From Candidatus Latescibacterota bacterium (GTDB lineage: Bacteria; Latescibacterota; UBA2968; UBA8231), in assembly GCA_963422735.1 (NCBI GenBank), contig OY730476.1:3648001-3712000 (forward strand): a stretch of 64,000 bases of DNA, given 5' to 3'. Shown here one piece after another: positions 59,001 to 64,000 of this stretch (position 1 is the first letter of the stretch; every line of letters starts with the position of its first letter). Position numbers and translations under genes: made by a program. A model generated the notes under the pieces. The model was not told the DNA's origin. It saw only the letters and a program-made list of their open reading frames with translations, and ran no database searches.

Positions 59001-59905
59001 GCGAATTGCGCGACAGCGTCGAGGAACTGGTGCGAATTCTGGTGCCAGCACCGGACGGAGCGCAGATTCTCTTGGGCGAGCTGGCCGAGCTTCGCTACGT
59101 GCGTGGCCCCCAAGTCATCAAGAGCGAGGATACGTTTTTGCTAGGCTACGTGCTCTTCGACAAGAAGCCGGGGTACGCGGAAGTTGATGTGGTCCAAGCG
59201 TGCCGAGCGCATTTGGCCAGCAAAAGGGCCAGCGGCGATCTCGCGTTGGATACCGGCGTTAGCTACACCTTCGCCGGTAGGTACGAAAACCAACTGAGAG
59301 CGCAGCAGAAGCTCAACGTGCTGCTGCCACTCGCGCTGGCGACGATCTTCCTCCTCCTCTATTTACAGTTTGGCAACGCCGCCACGGCCCTGATGGTCTT
59401 TTCCGGGGTTGCAGTAGCTTGGGCTGGCGGCTTTGCCATGCTCTGGCTATACGGGCAGGAATGGTTTTTGGATTTCTCCGTCTTAGGCATGGAAATGCGC
59501 ACGCTTTTCCACATCCGTCCTGTGAACTTGAGTGTGGCGGTGTGGGTGGGGTTTCTCGCGCTATTTGGCATTGCTTCGGACAACGGCGTGATTGTGGCGA
59601 CCTATCTGCGCCAAGTCTTTTGCGAGCAAAAGCCAGCGACCGTCGAAGCGATGCGCCGCGCCGTACTCGCCGCTGGGGTGCGGCGCATCCGCCCCTGTCT
59701 GATGACGGCGGCTACCACGATCTTGGCACTGATCCCCGTGCTGACGGCGAGTGGACGCGGCGCAGACCTCATGCTGCCGATGGCCATTCCCACTCTCGGC
59801 GGCATGATGGCGGTGGTGCTGACCGCGCCGATTGTGCCGGTGCTGTACTGCGCGGTCGAGGAGTGGAAGCCGCGCATTGCGGCTTGGCGGTCAGAAGAGC
59901 GATAA
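56042..59905 (+). CDS. cusA: CusA/CzcA-family heavy-metal RND efflux pump (Cu/Ag type)
   Basis: DAIPDIGENQQIV, GRSPQDVEDQVTYPL, GIAIAIGTMVD, EGKLFAPLAFTK, EFMPPLDEG, RIRPCLMT. Confidence 0.92.
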   Translation: MEGQNSLLARVVRFFLTRKLVAALMLAGLVVWGLAVAPFAWELAWLPRDPVPVDAIPDIGENQQIVFSEWPGRSPQDVEDQVTYPLTTALLGVPGVETIRSFSMFGFSNIYVIFAEGVDFYWSRSRILEKLNSLPTGLLPEGVQPALGPDATALGQVFWYTLEGRDEQGAPAGGWDLHELRRIQDWQVRYALLAAHGVSEVASVGGFVQEYQIDVNPDALRAYGVRLDEVFHAVRMSNRDVGARTVELNRVEYIIRGIGFVKGLADLENAVIKARDNVPIYVKNVAQVALGPAARRGALDKEGAEVVGGVVVARFGANPLAAIESVKAKIAEIAPSLPKKTLPDGRVSQVQVIPFYDRSGLIEETLGTLERALSEEVLVTVIVVLALVMNLRGAALVSGLLPLAVLACFAAMKVFGIDANIVALSGIAIAIGTMVDMGIVISENILKHLEDADAEDDRLEVIFCATREVGGAVLTAVLTTVVGFLPVFAMEGAEGKLFAPLAFTKTFALLAAVWLSLTALPALAHCMFATRLRRPGLWAACGLGVALVLSWWIGLLLIAIGTHHLLAARVPEGVRLWVARGAVAVVAIGVVAVLAEHWLPLGPEKGGWRNFLFAAGLIGGLLALFRVLQHVFPRVLGWCLDHKGLALLFPLLLTLAGASAWLGFARVFGFVPPALRNTASFAALAEALPGLGKEFMPPLDEGSFLWMPTTMPHASIGEVLDVLQKQNAAISQIPEVESAVGKLGRAETPLDPAPISMIETVISYRAEYLTDEAGRRLLFAFDERTTDLFRNPDGTPSSAPDGVPYKVLGHYLRDAAGRLVPDVQGRPFRLWRPPLDTALNPGRVAWPGIQGPDDIWAEITRAGQIPGSTSAPKLQPIAARLVMLQSGMRAPMGIEIKGPNLEAIERAGLEIERLLKEVPAVESATVNADRIVGKPYLEIHIDREAIARHGIALQEVQDAIEIAIGGKQVTTTVEGRERYPVRVRYMRELRDSVEELVRILVPAPDGAQILLGELAELRYVRGPQVIKSEDTFLLGYVLFDKKPGYAEVDVVQACRAHLASKRASGDLALDTGVSYTFAGRYENQLRAQQKLNVLLPLALATIFLLLYLQFGNAATALMVFSGVAVAWAGGFAMLWLYGQEWFLDFSVLGMEMRTLFHIRPVNLSVAVWVGFLALFGIASDNGVIVATYLRQVFCEQKPATVEAMRRAVLAAGVRRIRPCLMTAATTILALIPVLTASGRGADLMLPMAIPTLGGMMAVVLTAPIVPVLYCAVEEWKPRIAAWRSEER

Positions 59906-59928
59906 CTTAGCACTTCGCGTCGCCGCTA

Positions 59929-59966
59929 TAGTGATCAGTGGTTAGTGATCAGTGGTCCGTCCCATC
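59929..59966 (+). repeat. 7-mer tandem repeat, related to one arm of the 19718 hairpin
   Basis: TAGTGATCAGTGGTTAGTGATCAGTGGTCCGTCCCATC resembles the reverse complement of the 19755-19784 arm (AGTGGTTAGTGGTCTGTCCCTTCC). Confidence 0.55.
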
Positions 59967-60137
59967 CGCCCTCTTGGCGACGGGTACCCGGCGACGGGCC
60001 CCGGAACATCGACGCGGGGGACCGCGCTGGTCCGGACGAAGGCTACGGGCCAGCCGAGTGAAACCGCCTACATGAAACCGGAATTTCCAACCGTAAACTA
60101 GGAAATTCCGGAAAAGAAATCTCGCCAGTAAGACGTT

Positions 60138-60749
60138 TTGATGCCGCAGAGCCGAACATCGTTGAGTTTTTCCATCACCGAGGCATCGATCGCCAAGCAA
60201 CGCGTACTCGTGGACATGCTGAACGCCGAAATTGAGCGGCTTTCCGGGGAAGCCCGCGTCGCCAAAGATGCCAAGGCCAAAACCCGGATCTTTTCCGAGG
60301 TGCTGAAGTTTCAGGAAGAAGCAGAAACCTACCAGGAGCAAATGGCCAGAGAGTCCAGCGAGTTGCTGTTGTCGCTAGATGTCGCTCCGGCGCAAACCGA
60401 CGGCCCCGATGAGATCCAGCAGAAATTAGCCGTGCTCCAGGACCAGCAAGATATTATACGGACCAAAATCGGAGAGCTTGACCGGCAAATCCGCGAAACC
60501 AGTAAAGCGATCGCTTTGCGGCGCAACATGCTGGAGTTGCTCCGCGACATTCGCCGCGGGGAAGAAGACGAATTCGATCTCGACAGCAACCTCGATAGCG
60601 CTAGGTTGGAAGGCGAAATTGCGGATGCGGAATCGGGGCTGGAAACTTGGCGCGCCAAACGGGAGAGCTGGCACGACAAAGACAAAATCCTCAGCGAGAA
60701 AGCGGCGCATCTCGCCCGAGAACTCGAGAATATGCTCAAAGGAAAGTGA
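60138..60749 (+). CDS. Hypothetical coiled-coil protein, possibly 5'-truncated
   Basis: 203-aa ORF rich in E/K/Q/L heptads; no clear RBS; in-frame TAA at 60129. Confidence 0.55.
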   Translation: MMPQSRTSLSFSITEASIAKQRVLVDMLNAEIERLSGEARVAKDAKAKTRIFSEVLKFQEEAETYQEQMARESSELLLSLDVAPAQTDGPDEIQQKLAVLQDQQDIIRTKIGELDRQIRETSKAIALRRNMLELLRDIRRGEEDEFDLDSNLDSARLEGEIADAESGLETWRAKRESWHDKDKILSEKAAHLARELENMLKGK

Positions 60750-60761
60750 CGATAGTTCCAC

Positions 60762-61840
60762 GTGTCATTGAGAATTGCAGCTATCATATGGTCGCTCGCA
60801 CTGAGCGTCCCGTGCCTAGTTCGCGCCGATTCATCGTTGCGGATCAAGCCCTTTTTTGACCTCCGCTACCAGTGCGAAGACAATGTCTTTCAGGTGCCGA
60901 CAGAACAGGGCGAACAACGGGATTTTGCCGCGTATATATGGGCAGGGGTCGATGTCAGGGCCATACTTGACCCTCGTACGCGCATCGCCGTACGCTATGA
61001 GATGGCCCCGCGTCGCTTCGCCGACGCGACCCGGAAGAATCGCTACGATCACCTGCTGTCAGGTCTTTGGCGCCGCAGGCTTTCCCGCGATGCCACGCTC
61101 CTGACCGTCGCCAACCTCGGCCTGCGGCACCAACCCAACGACCGCATCAACGAATACTTCAAGCAAGATATCAGTGGTCAACTCCAGATGCGATGGAACT
61201 CGTCGTGGTCGTCCCGGTTCGGGGCCGAGCTGCGGAACAAATACTTTCCCAACAGCAAAGGCAGCACATATAGCAGTGTCATGGTCGAAGGCGGGGTCAG
61301 ACGTCGGCTCAGCGCGATTGCACATGTTTCATCACATCCGACCTCGACGAGTACGTGGGCGGGATCCGCCAGACCGCCAGCCTCGGGTTTGAGGGCATGG
61401 CCTTGGGGCAGGTGTTGCTGAATTTGAAATATCAGTTCGAAATCGATCTAGCCACCCGCGAACTCCCGCGCCACGAACCCTTCTCTCGCGAGCCCGAGCA
61501 AGGGGGTGGATTCGGCCATCACAACGGCGACGCGGACGATGTCGATTTCAACTTCGCCAACCACCGTATAGGGTCTTTGTTCATCTGGCGATTCGCGCCG
61601 CGTTCCAACGCGAGCCTTTATGCGCGCCGTCATTTCAAGTTATACGAGGATTGGATCGTGCCCGGGGCCGGCACCAAACGGCGCGACAACCTCACCCGGT
61701 TGCGCTTCGGCTTTAAGCAGGACCTCCGCGACGACCTTGCGGCGCGGCTGGAATACGCGTTTGCGACTAACGACTCGAACGACCCCACCCGGAGCTACGC
61801 CGACAACGCCTATTCGATGGAACTGCAATACTCCTTTTAA
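60762..61840 (+). pseudogene. Frameshifted outer-membrane beta-barrel gene
   Basis: ORF 60762-61421 has the signal peptide and strands, then loses barrel character after ~61320; the overlapping ORF 61355-61840 in another frame ends in the beta-signal YSMELQYSF. Confidence 0.65.
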
Positions 61841-61879
61841 TGGCCAGACCGCGCTGCCAAACCCCAGATAAATCTGCCC

Positions 61880-61908
61880 TTGCTGCTACCAACGCCCGGC
61901 GATATAAT
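61880..61908 (+). promoter_or_regulatory. Putative sigma70 promoter
   Basis: TTGCTG-N17-TATAAT upstream of the dehydratase gene. Confidence 0.6.
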
Positions 61909-61980
61909 GTATCCCCCTTGCGGCAAGTTGCCCCTACGTAGCGAAAAACGCCCAATGTAGATTTTGAGAAGGCTTTAGAC

Positions 61981-63141
61981 GTGCAAATACAATCCATCCG
62001 CGTAGTTGATCTCCAGCTTTCGCACAACCCGCCCAAAACCGCGCCCCGCCGCCCCTCTTGGAACCAGCGCGCGCCGCGCTCGTTGCCGATCAACAAGTAC
62101 CCAGAATTCTCGCGCCTACCCGGCCAGATGCCGGGCATGGGCGGCGGTCCCGTCTGGGTCCAGGTCACGGCCGAAGACGGCACTTGGGGTTTGGGCGGCT
62201 GCTCCTTTGGTGAGCCGGTAGCCTCCATCGTCGAGCAGGTCTTCGCGCCCCTGCTGACGGGCCGCGATTGTCTGGCCACGGAATTTCTCAACGACCTGAT
62301 GTGGCGCGCCGCTCAGCGTCTCGGTCATGCTGGTTGCGCGGCCGTTGCCCAAAGCGGCATTGATCTGGCACTCTGGGACCTCAAGGGCAAGCTGCTGGGC
62401 CAGCCCGTGTACCGCCTGCTCGGCGGCCCCTGCCGCGACCATCTCGAACTCTACGCCACCGGCGACGACCTCGACTGGGGCCTCGAACTGGGGTTTCGCG
62501 CTTTCAAGGTTACCAATCCGGTCCACTACCGAGAAGGTCAGGAAGGGCTCAACCGCCTCGAGGACAAAATCGCCCAAGCGCGCGAGACCATCGGCCCCGA
62601 CTGCGAGCTGATGCTCAACGCGGTCATGTCCTACAGCGTCGAATACGCCGTCCAAGTAGCCGAGCGGCTCAAGCCCTATCAGATGCGCTGGATTGAGGAG
62701 CCGCTGATTCCCACGGATCTCGAAGGCCACATCGCGCTCAAGCGGGCCGCTCCCTACGTGCCTATTGCCACCGGCGAGGACCACCACGGCCGTCAGGCCT
62801 TCCGCCAGCTAGTCGAACACCGCTGCGTCGATGTGCTGCAACCCGACCTCAAGTGGTGTGGCGGTCTCTCCGAAGCCGTCAAGATCTACTACATCGCCGA
62901 AGCCGCCGGCCTTGTCACCATCCCCCACGGCGGTGCCAACACTGCCTACGGACAACACTTCGCCTTTGCCTTTCCCGAATCGCCGCTGGCCGAGTACTGG
63001 CTCGGCTCGGCCCCGGGCATTCCCTTGGACGAAATACCCGTCATACCGGGCACAGCCGTGCCTCAAGAGGGGTGCTTGATCCCTTCGGACGCGCCGGGTT
63101 TTGGAATGGAAATAGACGAGGACTGGATAGTACCGCGCTGA
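61981..63141 (+). CDS. Mandelate racemase/enolase-superfamily acid-sugar dehydratase (L-rhamnonate dehydratase-like)
   Basis: SGIDLALWDLKGK...PVYRLLGG, YATG, WIEEPL, ATGEDH, LQPDLKWCGG, IPHG, PGFG. Confidence 0.85.
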   Translation: MQIQSIRVVDLQLSHNPPKTAPRRPSWNQRAPRSLPINKYPEFSRLPGQMPGMGGGPVWVQVTAEDGTWGLGGCSFGEPVASIVEQVFAPLLTGRDCLATEFLNDLMWRAAQRLGHAGCAAVAQSGIDLALWDLKGKLLGQPVYRLLGGPCRDHLELYATGDDLDWGLELGFRAFKVTNPVHYREGQEGLNRLEDKIAQARETIGPDCELMLNAVMSYSVEYAVQVAERLKPYQMRWIEEPLIPTDLEGHIALKRAAPYVPIATGEDHHGRQAFRQLVEHRCVDVLQPDLKWCGGLSEAVKIYYIAEAAGLVTIPHGGANTAYGQHFAFAFPESPLAEYWLGSAPGIPLDEIPVIPGTAVPQEGCLIPSDAPGFGMEIDEDWIVPR

Positions 63142-63143
63142 AC

Positions 63144-63572
63144 ATGGCTGAACGGTTCGACTTATCCACCAGCCCGGGTGCCAGCCAGCGCCTAATTTTT
63201 GCTCTGTTGGGCATTGGCCAGTTGCTGTTGAGCACCATCGCCTTCCAGCGAGGCGGCTTCGCGTATGGACTGGCGGTGCTCGGCGGCGGGATCGCGGCGT
63301 TCTGCGCGGCGGCCTTCTTCGTCCACTGCCTCCACCGGCGCTTGGTCTGGCTAGGAACGGAGGGGGTTACCGTTGAGGAAGGGTTGCGCGGCCGGCAGAC
63401 GCTGACGTGGGCCGAGGTTAAAAAGGTGAGCCTGTCGCCGGCCGCCACTGTGTTCCACGCGGCAACGGGTGAGGATATCGTCCTCCACAACGCGGCCGGC
63501 CAACCGCGAGATATCGCCCCGTTTTTAGTGCGGTTGCGCGCTTTGGTGGCCGAGCACGAGCTACGCGATTAG
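63144..63572 (+). CDS. Hypothetical membrane protein (2 TM plus PH-like domain)
   Basis: ATG 2 bp after the dehydratase stop; two TM helices followed by EGVTV...LTWAEVKKV. Confidence 0.6.
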   Translation: MAERFDLSTSPGASQRLIFALLGIGQLLLSTIAFQRGGFAYGLAVLGGGIAAFCAAAFFVHCLHRRLVWLGTEGVTVEEGLRGRQTLTWAEVKKVSLSPAATVFHAATGEDIVLHNAAGQPRDIAPFLVRLRALVAEHELRD

Positions 63573-63661
63573 GAAAAATGGAATCCCAACAAAACGCGAC
63601 GAAGATACTGTTCGGCGACATTATGCCTTTCGTTGCGTCCTCTCCACAAACGCCAAAGTAA

Positions 63662-63693
63662 AGCCGCTACCGGATCGCGATCCGGTAGCGGCT
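63662..63693. terminator. Perfect 32-bp palindrome between convergent genes (terminator or REP-like)
   Basis: AGCCGCTACCGGATCG|CGATCCGGTAGCGGCT, flanked by short A- and T-containing tracts. Confidence 0.55.
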
Positions 63694-63726
63694 CTTGGTT
63701 GCGCCGCGATCTCGTCCCGATTGCAG

Positions 63727-63999
63727 CTAATCGGTTGCTTGTTCGGCGACAGCGAGGTGGGTTCCGATTTTGCCGACGATTTCAGTGGCGGAGTTTTGCT
63801 TGGTCACCGTTTCCAGCAGAGTGTGGTCTTGGGCATTGATGAGCAGGACGAGGCCGGTTTTGTTGTTGGCCTTGAAGTGGTCTTCTATGTTGAGGGCCGC
63901 GGCAAGCAGGCGGGCTTGGGTGGTCAACGTTGAATCGGTGACGTCCAATTCGACGAAGAGAACCGGCTGATCGGCCACCCCAGCTTGAACTTCTTTGAG
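63727..63999 (-). CDS. C-terminal part of a probable thioredoxin-fold protein (runs off the window)
   Basis: Frame open to the window edge: LKEVQAGVADQPVLFVELDVTD...NKTGLVLLINA; the CxxC-bearing region is not visible. Confidence 0.5.
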   Translation of the reverse strand, partial: LKEVQAGVADQPVLFVELDVTDSTLTTQARLLAAALNIEDHFKANNKTGLVLLINAQDHTLLETVTKQNSATEIVGKIGTHLAVAEQATD

Positions 64000-64000
64000 T

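Overview
GC-rich bacterial chromosome segment. The gene content (TonB-dependent receptor, T9SS-type C-terminal domain, PorV-like barrels, group II GGGP synthase) points to a diderm FCB-group lineage, possibly Latescibacterota-like; this is inference only. 1-23.2 kb is one co-directional gene run: OM barrel, ilvE, an OppA-like binding protein, an 8-gene module of unknown function built around an orphan GlmL-type ASKHA ATPase and DUF6754-like membrane proteins, a TBDR/T9SS-CTD protein/PorV triad, a TPR lipoprotein and oppBC with no ABC ATPase gene. This is the best candidate for an undescribed system. 23-39.6 kb is mostly housekeeping: lysA, carbamoyltransferase-sxtJ-like, tadA, 3 tRNAs, a large Alu-containing SRP RNA, dnaX, recR, pgsA, pgpA, recA, recX, alaS, GGGP synthase, ptsH, ptsI and metK. 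39.6-64 kb holds a lipoprotein/barrel pair, a clpB-degP pair behind a sigma54-type promoter, a degenerate GH78-like gene, hemH, two IS5-like MITEs, a Cys-rich leader ORF upstream of cusCBA, a frameshifted barrel gene and an enolase-superfamily dehydratase. No CRISPR array, rRNA or transposase was seen. All family assignments come from motif recognition by eye, not from database searches.
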